From Thraustochytrium aureum (lineage: Eukaryota), in contig BLSG01000080.1 of NCBI GenBank assembly GCA_012862495.1, forward strand, positions 180,673 through 200,787: DNA of 20,115 bases, given 5' to 3'. Under the pieces are notes generated by a model that saw only the letters and a list, made by a program, of their open reading frames with translations, was not told the DNA's origin and did not search any database. The position numbers were made by a program, and so were the translations under genes. Below are positions 9,825 to 19,091 of this stretch, piece after piece (the stretch's first letter is position 1; the number at the start of each line of letters is the position of its first letter).

Positions 9825-11429
9825 CTAGATGATGTCGTCGACGTCCTTGGCGACGATCTTCTCCGCGATCACGTTCGACTTGCTGACTTGCTGCTTGTCG
9901 CTCGACCGAGCGGCGCTGGCCGAGTCCAGGTCGGCCCCATACTTGGCCCGAAGCTTGGCGTTGAGCGCGGGCACGCCGTGCGCGAGCGTAAAGTTGACAA
10001 TGTCCTGGTCGACGCGGCCGTTCACAAGCTTGGCGGGCTCGTGGGTGGCGTAAAAGGCGTTGATGCGAGCCTCGAGCGCGTCACGGTCGCCCTTCTTGGC
10101 CACGACGGTGCTGCCGGCAACGGAAGAGCTGGCGCCCGAGGATTCGCTCCCGCCGCTGCGGTGCGGGTTGGTCGCGGCCACCATCTTGAGCGGCTCGGAC
10201 GGGGCCTGCGGAGTAACGCGCTTGGTCGCGTTTTCGCCGTTCTCGTAGTCGTACTCGAGCAGGTCGAGGTCGTCCGACTTTGCAAGGCAGAGAAAGACGA
10301 GAATGAGCGTGGCAGAGACGGAAGCCACGACGGCGCAGGTGAGGCCGGCTGAGATGATGGGGCGGTACGACTGCTCTACGTAGAGGGCGACGTACCAGAG
10401 AAAGCCCTTGGTCATGCCGAGGCCGCACCCAAGGCCGCCGTTGGGCCACCCCGCCTCGTTGTAGGGCGGCGCCGGGGAGCCAACCAAGGGGGCGTAGAGC
10501 TTTTCGCGCTCGGACGGGGCAGTGTCAAAGTACTCTTTGTACTCGCGCGCCACCGTGCCGAGTAGCCCGATCGTGGTGGTGGGGACCTTGATGTCCGCGT
10601 CAATCTTGACCTGGGCCTGGCCAAGGGCGGCGCAGCCCCCGCCCGACGCGGCTTGGTTTCGGAGCGTCTGCGTCACCTTGTCGTAGACGGGCGTGGGCGG
10701 CACGCACGTGCAGAGAAGCGGGCTGATGGCGTCGATTACCTCGGCAATGATCGCCGGCGTCTTGCCGTCGCAGTTCTGGTCGAAGATGTCGCCGGAGGGC
10801 GCGCACGGCCCGAAGGCGATTGTCTGTACACGTCGCTCAACGAGCTGGATGTCGGCATGGCCGAGGGCGATGGTGGCGTTCAAGGCCTGCTCGTCAAAAA
10901 AATCTGCCTGGGAGAGGCAGCACTCGTCGAACAAAGCCAACTCGGTGGCAACGAGTTCGAGCTGGTTCGGGTTGAAGTTGCCGTCGCGGGGGTTGCAGCC
11001 CTTGTCCTCGCAGAGGATGTAGGCCATGTCGAAGATCATGATGTTGGAGAGCACTGCGCCTGCGAGAATGATCCCGACGCCGGCGTATGTGAACACCGCG
11101 TACAAGACGATGAGCGTTCGGTTGCTGTAGTGGCTGGCCCAGAACCCGAGGATGGAGGCCAGGAAGACGACAACGCCGCCTCCGATCATCAGGTACATGT
11201 AAAACAGCAGGTTGGAGAAAGCGGTCAGCCCCGAGTCGCTGCTGATCGAGCTGAGCGCCTTGATCGACGGCGCCCTGTCTTTGAAGGTGATGGAGACTCC
11301 GAGTAGCACGAGGCTGACGATGGAGGACAGGTTGGCGAAGTGGCGGCCGAACTTGAGGTTGGCGCTTGACGAGAGCGACTCCATGGTCATCGTGCGCGGC
11401 AAGGCGAACGACGGCCTGCCCAAGGGCAT
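9825..11429 (-). CDS. Tetraspanin-like 4-TM protein (~534 aa) with an enlarged Cys-rich extracellular loop and an extra cytoplasmic C-terminal domain
   Basis: ATG 11429 (caagATG). TM1 SSIVSLVLLGVSITF; TM2-TM3 LMIGGGVVVFLASILGFWASHYSNRTLIVLYAVF match the tetraspanin G..F...LG..(G/A)...R.L..Y pattern; a loop containing a CC motif; TM4 IISAGLTCAVVASVSATLILVFLCL; then a ~150 aa tail. Confidence 0.75.
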   Translation of the reverse strand: MPLGRPSFALPRTMTMESLSSSANLKFGRHFANLSSIVSLVLLGVSITFKDRAPSIKALSSISSDSGLTAFSNLLFYMYLMIGGGVVVFLASILGFWASHYSNRTLIVLYAVFTYAGVGIILAGAVLSNIMIFDMAYILCEDKGCNPRDGNFNPNQLELVATELALFDECCLSQADFFDEQALNATIALGHADIQLVERRVQTIAFGPCAPSGDIFDQNCDGKTPAIIAEVIDAISPLLCTCVPPTPVYDKVTQTLRNQAASGGGCAALGQAQVKIDADIKVPTTTIGLLGTVAREYKEYFDTAPSEREKLYAPLVGSPAPPYNEAGWPNGGLGCGLGMTKGFLWYVALYVEQSYRPIISAGLTCAVVASVSATLILVFLCLAKSDDLDLLEYDYENGENATKRVTPQAPSEPLKMVAATNPHRSGGSESSGASSSVAGSTVVAKKGDRDALEARINAFYATHEPAKLVNGRVDQDIVNFTLAHGVPALNAKLRAKYGADLDSASAARSSDKQQVSKSNVIAEKIVAKDVDDII

Positions 11430-12521
11430 CTTGCCGCTCGCCAACCGGTCTTCCGCACCTGGTCTGCACCCGAGTCTCTTGGGACCGACCGGCCTGTCTG
11501 GTCTCAGTCGAACCCGCTCCGCCCGCTTGGCTGGCTGGCGTCTGCAAGAGGTCTGCTTGGCCTGGTTGCGCCGCCTGGCAGGCCCGCTCGCCTGGTCTAC
11601 TTTCTGGCCCACTCGTGCGCCGAGCGTCGCGACCGTCGCAAGCTTTGGTTTCGCGGCGGGGAAGTACTACTCAAACTGCTCTTGTGTGAAAACCCATCTA
11701 TCGACGGGTCCATCCTTCTCACCTATTCTGGCTGAAAGCTGAAAGTAAGTACTCTTTACTAGCTTTACTAGTAGACTCGCGTGCTTTTTCACCTAGCTCT
11801 AGACTCCACAAGGACGCGCCTGTTCTCTCTGTCTTGAGCGCGCAAGAGAGCGCACTGGTAGCCCTGGCAGGGCGTTCGGCCCTCCATACGTTCACAGGCA
11901 CTTGCTTGATCCATCTCCTGTAGCTTGCGCGCTCGAGCGGGTGCGTCTTTACTGCCGTACGCCGCCAAGCGAAAGGGCAGATCCACTTCTGGCGGAGCCT
12001 CGAGAGGAGTAGCGGCTCTGCCAGAGCAGGCAAGTACTGCTCTTTCTAGAGGAGGCCGACTCTTGACTTGCAGCTAGCTGCACGCTTGTGCGGAGCGTGC
12101 CGCGATGGGTTTGCGGATTGGCCGAAATCGGGCTCGACACCGACCGCGGCGCACGGGCCGCCGGCCAAAGCCTCACGCCAGGCCAGCAAAGCGAGTACTA
12201 GCTAGAGGTATACCTGCTGCTACTCACCAGAAGGTAGAGCGAGGGAGTACGAGCAGCGCGCCGAGCCCGCCCGAGAATGGCTCGCCGCGCCGGTCCGTCG
12301 CCACGCATGTCGTCGCGCCTGATGCAATGGCGAACGAATCCCCAGACTGGCGTGGCAATTGCAACGGCGGACATTCACGCGACACGGACCGAGACGTCCG
12401 ACGTCGTTTGGGCTAGAAGCGGGAGCCCAGCGGCGTCTCGGTGCAGACCTCGTCTGAGGGTGTGCGCGCTCAGGACCAAAAAGTCTTACTACATTTCTGC
12501 TCTACATGTACATGAAAAAAG

Positions 12522-14666
12522 TTAGGCGCAGCCCAACTTGCGGTCGCAGGCGGTCAAGGCGATGCCGAAGGCCTGCAGCGGCGTGAGCGGGTGGCTAAAG
12601 TCGAGCGTGTAGACAGCCGTGGCGTTCTCCNNNNNNNNNNNNNNNNNNNNNNNNNNNNNNNNNNNNNNNNNNNNNNNNNNNNNNNNNNNNNNNNNNNNNN
12701 NNNNNNNNNNNNNNNNNNNNNNNNNNNNNNNNNNNNNNNNNNNNNNNNNNNNNNNNNNNNNNNNNNNNNNNNNNNNNNNNNNNNNNNNNNNNNNNNNNNN
12801 NNNNNNNNNNNNNGTTGCTCGGCAGCGTGACGCGGCCCGAAAAGTCGAGGCTGTAGGCCCCGATCGCGTCGAGCCACTGCGGCTGGCGGTTTTCGTAGTA
12901 CGCGAGCGCCTGGGTCGACTCGAGGTCTTCCCGCGACATGGTCTGCACCTTGACCGCGAGCGAGTCAGCGCGGCGCACGCCTTGGGCCCCGTCCACGCGG
13001 TGCGTGGGGTGCGGCTCGATCGTGCCGGCGCCTTGACCGATTGGGGCAATGTTCGGAAGCGCAACGCGAACGCGGCGCGGCCCAACACCTCCCCCAAATC
13101 TGTTCTGCGCGTAGCAAACTGTGCCGACCTCCATCGCCTGGCTGAGCCGTGCCTTGGCGGCCGCCGCCTTTGGCCGCGCGTCCTCTTGCTCAACCTCTAT
13201 CTCTGCGGTCGAGTAGACCGTGTGCTCCAGCCCACTAAAGTTGGACTGCACATAGCCTGCAAAGTTGGGGGAAGTTGGCTCGTAGTCCGAACCGTCCCTA
13301 TCGAGGGTGATCTCTAGCCTGCTCGACATGAGCGAGGAGCGCTTGCGCGCCCGAAGCAGGAGCTGGTCCCCTTGTTTGGGGCCTTCTGCAGCCGGGAGCG
13401 CGCCCAGCGGATACGGCAGCGCGCATGGACCCTGAACGTACAACTCGTACGTGGAGCTTCCGATGAGCGTGGCGGGCGTAACCCGCACGAAGCAGCGGAC
13501 CATGCCCACGTCTTCCGGCACAGGGTGGGCCACGAACTGCTTCCTAGCAGAGAACATGCAAAAGTTGTGGATCTGCAGCATGTCTGGCGGCGTGTAGTCA
13601 AACTCCGCGAGCGGCTCGCGACAGAGCGGGCAGGTGCCGCTGTTCTCCTTGCTGTTGTTCCTGCGCTCTTTCCACTCGAAGATGCACTTGGAGTGCACAT
13701 GCGCTGTGTTGCACTGCTTGGAGCACGGCAGCCTCATGCGGCCTGCCTCCTCGCTACCCTCGAACGCGCCAAGGCAGATGAAGCACGAGTCTTCTTCTTC
13801 TTCCTCCTCCTCCTCCTCCTCCTCTGCCCCGTCGTGGTTGGCGCACCCGTGGCCCTGGGTTTCGCACAAGCCAGGGGCGTTCGTGCCCGCCTCTACATGC
13901 TCGCAGTCTGCTTTGCTATCTGTGTCTGGCGACTCTTCTGCTTCGTCTGCCTTTGCCGAGACGCCCTCCTGTGCGGCAGCAAGATCTGCGGAAAAGCTCG
14001 CCAAAACCTGATCGTCGTCTTCAACGGAGGCAAAGGACGCCACCGAGCTCGCAACCCCGTGCGACGAAATGCTGCCGAAGCCGCTCTCTTCCGAGGCAGT
14101 GCTGAGCTCTGAATCCCGGCGCGATCGGTGTGCAGCGTCCTTGTCCGTTCGTTGGTCGCCGCTCCCGCCGTGAGCTGCGACCCGGCGCGAGTTGTCGTCT
14201 CGAGCGCCTTGCTGCGCGGCTCGGTCGGCGCCCGAAAGACTCTCCGAGAGGCTCAGGAGCGCGACCCCGCCAATTAGGTTTCTTTTGCGGCTTGGAGCCC
14301 GTCGCCCACCATCGCGCTCCAGGACCTACGACGCTGCGTCTGCACCTGCTCAGCCTCGCAGAACACTTGCACGGGAAGTGGGCCAGCTGTGAAGCCCACC
14401 TCGCTCAGCGAAGAAAGCGAGAGGGACCGTTCGCTCGACCCGGTGCTTGAGAACCTGCTTCTTTCGTCGTCATGCGGCCACCCCGGCGCGGGTGGGCGCT
14501 GCATGTGAATGCTGCTCGCGCCGGCGTGGCGTGTGGGGGCCGACCCGAGCGCTTTTCGTCTCCCGAGCTCCTCCTGTGAGCTCCGTGCCGTTGCGCACAT
14601 CACGATCGTTGGGGGCCTGGGCGGGCGGCCGCTTTGCGTTTCCATTCGAGGCGCTCGCGTCCCCAT
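12522..14666 (-). CDS. RINGv (C4HC3) zinc finger-Tubby domain fusion protein; 1-nt frameshift near 14279-14281
   Basis: Tubby motifs: GMVRCFVRV, LLRARKR, YVQSNFSG, GPRRVRVALP, ENRQPQWLDAIGAYSLDFSGRVTLPSN and YTLDFSHPLTPLQAFGIALTACDRKLGCA (TAA 12522-12524). RING: CFIC...PCSKQC...VHSKCIFEW...CPLC. The tracked ORF begins at GTG 14043 but the frame is open up to ~14325 with no ATG. One added A in GAAAC joins it to ORF 14274..14666 (...AAKE-NLIGGVALL...), giving ATG 14666 (or 14645/14312). The start is less certain than the domains. Confidence 0.85.
13792..13823 (-). repeat. GAG/GAA repeat encoding poly-Glu directly before the RING finger
   Basis: ttcttcttcttcctcctcctcctcctcctcctc on the + strand gives AEEEEEEEEEEEDSC. 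Confidence 0.9.
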
Positions 14667-15459
14667 CGCGCTCTTCGGTTAGTTTTCCTGGCGTGGGCTT
14701 GGGCTTGGACGTGCGTGGGCTTGCGTGCCGGGACTCGTGAAGTGTCCGTGTTGCGGTGGCTCGTTCGGTGTCTGCCCGCGACGAGCGTCAACCGGTCGCC
14801 GCAGCTGAATGGACTGTTGCGAGTGGATTGCTCTTGCTGCGAGAGTGGACTGCACGCGCGATGCGATGGGGCTCTGCTCATTCACACTGCTTGCTCGGCA
14901 GCATCGGCAGGCTCAGCGCGCTCTATTCCTTCCGACACCTGAACTGCGCCGGCATTTGGGCTGAATAAAGTTTACAAATACTCCTTCGGCACTTACCGGT
15001 AGGCCTACAAAAGAACAAATTACTCGAACTGGATTTGTGAGGGGTCCATGGCCAACCGACGACCGGTAGGACGAATGCTGTGAGGTGCATTCCAGTCCAG
15101 GACAAAAACGACGCGGGAAGCTTGGCCGGCCCCTCTGGCACGTGCAAGATCCAGTCGCGAGACGCACCGCCGCCCGTGAGGATGGCCGGGAGCCGACGGA
15201 ACTGGATGAGTGGACTCGGCCCTTACGCGTTCTCCAGCGCGTTCCGTCTCACGGCGCCTGTCCACTTTATTTATGCCGGGTGGAGGAATGAATATCCACT
15301 CACGGGAGTGTAGTGAGTCGATGCGGGGATGTTGTTCCGAGTGGAGGCACGTTAGCCACTCTGTGTCGGCCCTGCTGCGGAATTGGAATGGATTCGACGG
15401 ATTGGTTGTTGGATTGGACGACGCTGTCCATCAAGGAGGGCTGCGCCTTGTGCGCGACG

Positions 15460-15479
15460 GGCAGGCAGGCAGGCGGGCA
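15460..15479. repeat. (GGCA)n microsatellite running into an assembly gap
   Basis: ggcaggcaggcaggcgggca immediately before the N-run at 15480. Confidence 0.75.
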
Positions 15480-16696
15480 NNNNNNNNNNNNNNNNNNNNN
15501 NNNNNNNNNNNNNNNNNNNNNNNNNNNNNNNNNNNNNNNNNNNNNNNNNNNNNNNNNNNNNNNNNNNNNNNNNNNNNNNNNNNNNNNNNNNNNNNNNNNN
15601 NNNNNNNNNNNNNNNNNNNNNNNNNNNNNNNNNNNNNNNNNNNNNNNNNNNNNNNNNNNNNNNNNNNNNNNNNNNGCAGCTGTTCAGGCTCGGCCAAAGC
15701 CTTTTAGCTGAGATGATGACGAGGGCTGAGTCCAAGGCCGGGGTCCAGTTTCAAACGCCCAGCATCTTGATCAAGGCGCCAAGGCAAGGCGTCAAGGCAA
15801 GGCTGCTTGCTTGCATCGAAGACAGCTTGCTTCGCCGCATCGAGAACAAGTAGGTGCTTCACAGCTTGGTGCTTACGACGGAGTGCGCGCCACCCGGTTG
15901 GTGGCGATGTCCCTCCGCTGCTGCGCTTTGGGCCCACGGCACGCTTGGTGCGCCTTGGCGAGTACAGCCGGTGTCGCGAGGCGACCCCGCGTGCAGCGTC
16001 CATCATTTTCAATCAAAATAAATCAAGATGTTGGTAAGTAGTCCTCCAGCAGAAGTGAAAGAAGAGGAAGCTGCTCGACGTCCTGCGAGTCGTTCTCTCG
16101 AGGGCTACTCGAGCGCTTGTCATGTCGGTGGATCCGCCCCTCAAACATCGCCATGGCCGCGCGTGGCACGCGTGATGCGCGTCCTCGCCTCGCCCGTCCT
16201 CCCGCAAGTTCAAGTTGTTGCGGCCGCAGGTGCTGCAGGAACGGGGAGTCCCCGATGGGTCAATCTCCAAGGCGTCCAATCTCCAAGGGGTCAGCTCCAC
16301 GTCCTCGACCAGCAGGCACATGATCAACCACAAGCTGGTCGGTCACCCAGGGCCATCCACTTTCCTGCCTAGCCCCGCCGGTTGCCAGTCCGCCACGCGT
16401 TGCGCAGGCGCGGCGCTCGCCATCGATGCAGGTTGGCTCCATCTCCGCCGCAGACAGGCGTGGGTCCACTGGTGAACACTACTAGCTAGGTATCGCTCGG
16501 CGGCGCAGCAACTTGCAAAGCGCAGTCGAGGAGCTCGGGCGGCAACTGTCGCTCGCGCGGGGCGCACTGGCTCACGGCACACGCACGTCCTCCCGGTCGC
16601 AGACTGGGGCCGCAGCGGCCGCGTGCAAGAAAGTGCTGTCGGGCGGAGCAGGCGGGGCCCGGGGCGAGGCGCAGCAGCGGCTCCTCGAACGACAAG

Positions 16697-18421
16697 ATGA
16701 AGATGTTCAAGAAAAAAGACAAGGCCGCCGCCGCTGGCAACAACAAGGAGAGCAGCAGCAACGGGAACAGCAATGGAGGGAGCAGCTCCTCCTTGATGCG
16801 GCCGGCGGCGGCAGGCAAGGTCGCTCGCGAGGCGAACGGCGACAAAGCCAGCGCGGCCTTGGCCGCCCAGCTTGCGGCTCGCGTCGAAGAGCTCCAAGCA
16901 GCGCTCAAGGCGCAGAGCAGCGAGCTCGCTGACGCGCGCGCCGGGCTCAGCGAGGCGCGAGAGATCATGAAGGAACAAAACATTGCAAGCGCTGCCCTGG
17001 AGCGCGAAAAGGAGGATGCCCAGAGCAAGGCGACGCACTTTGCCGACAAGTACAACGCCCTCAAGGCAGACAAGCTCCGTCTCGCCGAGCAGCTGGACGG
17101 GCTCGCAGGCCGCGAAGCCGAGCTCAAGGCCAAGCTGCAGGACAAGGAGAGCGAGCTGTCCAAGAAAGAGGGACTATTGTTCGAGCACTTGGAGCGCAGA
17201 GAAAAGGAGTCTGCTGCAGCGGAGCGGGACCGGATGTTGCGATCCGCCAAGTCGCTGAGCGGCAAGGAAAGCGGAATGTCGCCCGCCGACGTAGCAGAGC
17301 TCGAGGCTCAAGTAGCAGAGCTGAGCAAGGCGAACAAGGCCATGGAGCGACAGCTGGTGGACATGACCGGCCGAGCGATTCAGAGTGGCGAGGTGGCCGA
17401 GGCCCAGCGCGACCGCGACCGAGCCGTCGCTCAGCTTGCAGAGGAGCAGCGGGCCGCGCACTCCCTCCGCGCGCAAGTCAACCAGCTCGAGCAGCAGCAC
17501 GAGGCAACCGTCGAAAAGCTCGTCGACGAAGCGCAGGCGGAGGCGCGGAAGCGCGAGGCCGCCGAGGCNNNNNNNNNNNNNNNNNNNNNNNNNNNNNNNN
17601 NNNNNNNNNNNNNNNNNNNNNNNNNNNNNNNNNNNNNNNNNNNNNNNNNNNNNNNNNNNNNNNNNNNNNNNNNNNNNNNNNNNNNNNNNNNNNNNNNNNN
17701 NNNNNNNNNNNNNNNGCTGCGAGCCGAGAACACTGCGTTGCAGCGGGACCTTGCCCAGCAGCGGGAAGACTTTGCCAGCCAAGAACAGCAGCGGCTCGCC
17801 GCTCTGGACGGGGAAACGGCAGGCCTTCTCCAAGCAGAAAGACTCAGAGTGCAAAAGGAGGAGCAGCGCAAGCGGGAGGCCGAGGTCGAGCAGCTCTTGA
17901 AGGACCAGCGCCAAGCAATGGAGGCCATTGTGAGCGCCGTGCGCGCCGAAGAGCAACTCAACATGCGCCAGACTTGTCGCGCGAACTCCGAGGACGGCGC
18001 TGGGGGCGCGAACCGCGGAGGTGCCAAAAGCGCGAGCAGTGGCGGCGGCCTCTTCTCCATGTTTACGAGGCGCGGGACATCAACGCCCGCAGTGGCCGCT
18101 CCAGTCGAGGACCACGCGCGGTCCAGCAAGTCGTCAGGCGACCTCAAAAGCGAGCCAGCGGTCACAGTTAAGCCCATAGCACTCGGCAGCCCAAATGCAC
18201 CGCCCCCGCCGCAAACCGAGACCGCGGTCGCTGCTATTGCGGGCCTGCGTCAAAACGCAGCGGCTGGCACCACAAAGCGCGTTGGGGGCGCGCCGGTGGC
18301 TGCGTCAGCGCTCACGGCGTCTGCAGCCGCCGCGAGCCCACGGCGGCTGCACCTGGTGGACGACTTGACAGAGAACACGGCCGACGTCGCGCAGGCCAGC
18401 CTTGACTTTATGAGCCTTTGA
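16697..18421 (+). CDS. Long coiled-coil protein of unknown function (~574 aa) with low-complexity termini
   Basis: caagATG start; E/K/Q/A/L-rich heptad-like sequence (LAAQLAARVEELQAALKAQSSEL..., LRAENTALQRDLAQQRE...) over most of its length; frame preserved across the gap; TGA 18419-18421. Confidence 0.85.
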   Translation: MKMFKKKDKAAAAGNNKESSSNGNSNGGSSSSLMRPAAAGKVAREANGDKASAALAAQLAARVEELQAALKAQSSELADARAGLSEAREIMKEQNIASAALEREKEDAQSKATHFADKYNALKADKLRLAEQLDGLAGREAELKAKLQDKESELSKKEGLLFEHLERREKESAAAERDRMLRSAKSLSGKESGMSPADVAELEAQVAELSKANKAMERQLVDMTGRAIQSGEVAEAQRDRDRAVAQLAEEQRAAHSLRAQVNQLEQQHEATVEKLVDEAQAEARKREAAEXXXXXXXXXXXXXXXXXXXXXXXXXXXXXXXXXXXXXXXXXXXXXXXXXXLRAENTALQRDLAQQREDFASQEQQRLAALDGETAGLLQAERLRVQKEEQRKREAEVEQLLKDQRQAMEAIVSAVRAEEQLNMRQTCRANSEDGAGGANRGGAKSASSGGGLFSMFTRRGTSTPAVAAPVEDHARSSKSSGDLKSEPAVTVKPIALGSPNAPPPPQTETAVAAIAGLRQNAAAGTTKRVGGAPVAASALTASAAAASPRRLHLVDDLTENTADVAQASLDFMSL

Positions 18422-19091
18422 TGATGAATTTCTAGTGCTTGCGATGCCGCGCCGAGCAGTGCCTTACTCGCTCAAACCTCTTCCTCTTGACCGCCAAGTG
18501 GCCAGGGCCTGGCCATGTGCATCCAGAGCAAAAACGATCCGTGTAGTGTGGGAACGAGCGAGTAGCCTGAGAGTGAACGGTCCCGGAACTAGCGCCAGCT
18601 CCAGCCACAAATGCCACGCCCGCTCAGGGCCGTGCGATGAATCAACAGGATCAAGACGCCGGCAGCTGCAACAGTGCCACGAAGAGCAATGGCAAGCGTG
18701 GAGTGCAAAGGGTGCGAGCAGCGCAAGGAACGCGAAGGCGCAGCGCAGAGTGGGGCGAGCGAAAGGCTTGGCTCGTTGGTGAGGCGTCCAGGACCATCCG
18801 CGTCGTCGGACGACGCGTTTTGAAGCTAAACACCAGCAAGCGGACAGCACAGCAACAGTTCGGCTCGCGTCCATGGGATCTGTCGCTGCAATGATTTGGC
18901 GGGTCGCTGAGACCGCGCCTGCAGCGGTTCGGCGCGCTCCTGGGACCTCACCACGGCAAGCACGGCCGCAACTTTTAAAAAACTAAAAACGGGGCCACTC
19001 ATGCAAATACTGTCCGCGGATGATGCAAGTGTCGCTCTCGCCGCGCGACCAACTCTTTTTTATAGATAAAATGGGCCGGGGCCGGAGCCGC

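Noticed and set aside
15713..15775. C/D box snoRNA (ATGATGA followed by CTGA); similar TGATGA at 18419-18427
   Set aside because: No terminal D box at a suitable distance with a closing stem, and no recognisable rRNA-complementary guide. The 18419 copy overlaps the stop codon.
16013..16475. Short ORFs and a duplicated CAATCTCCAAGG 12-mer (16261, 16277) as a possible transposon relic
   Set aside because: No transposase or RT motif, no terminal repeats or target-site duplication; only two repeat units.
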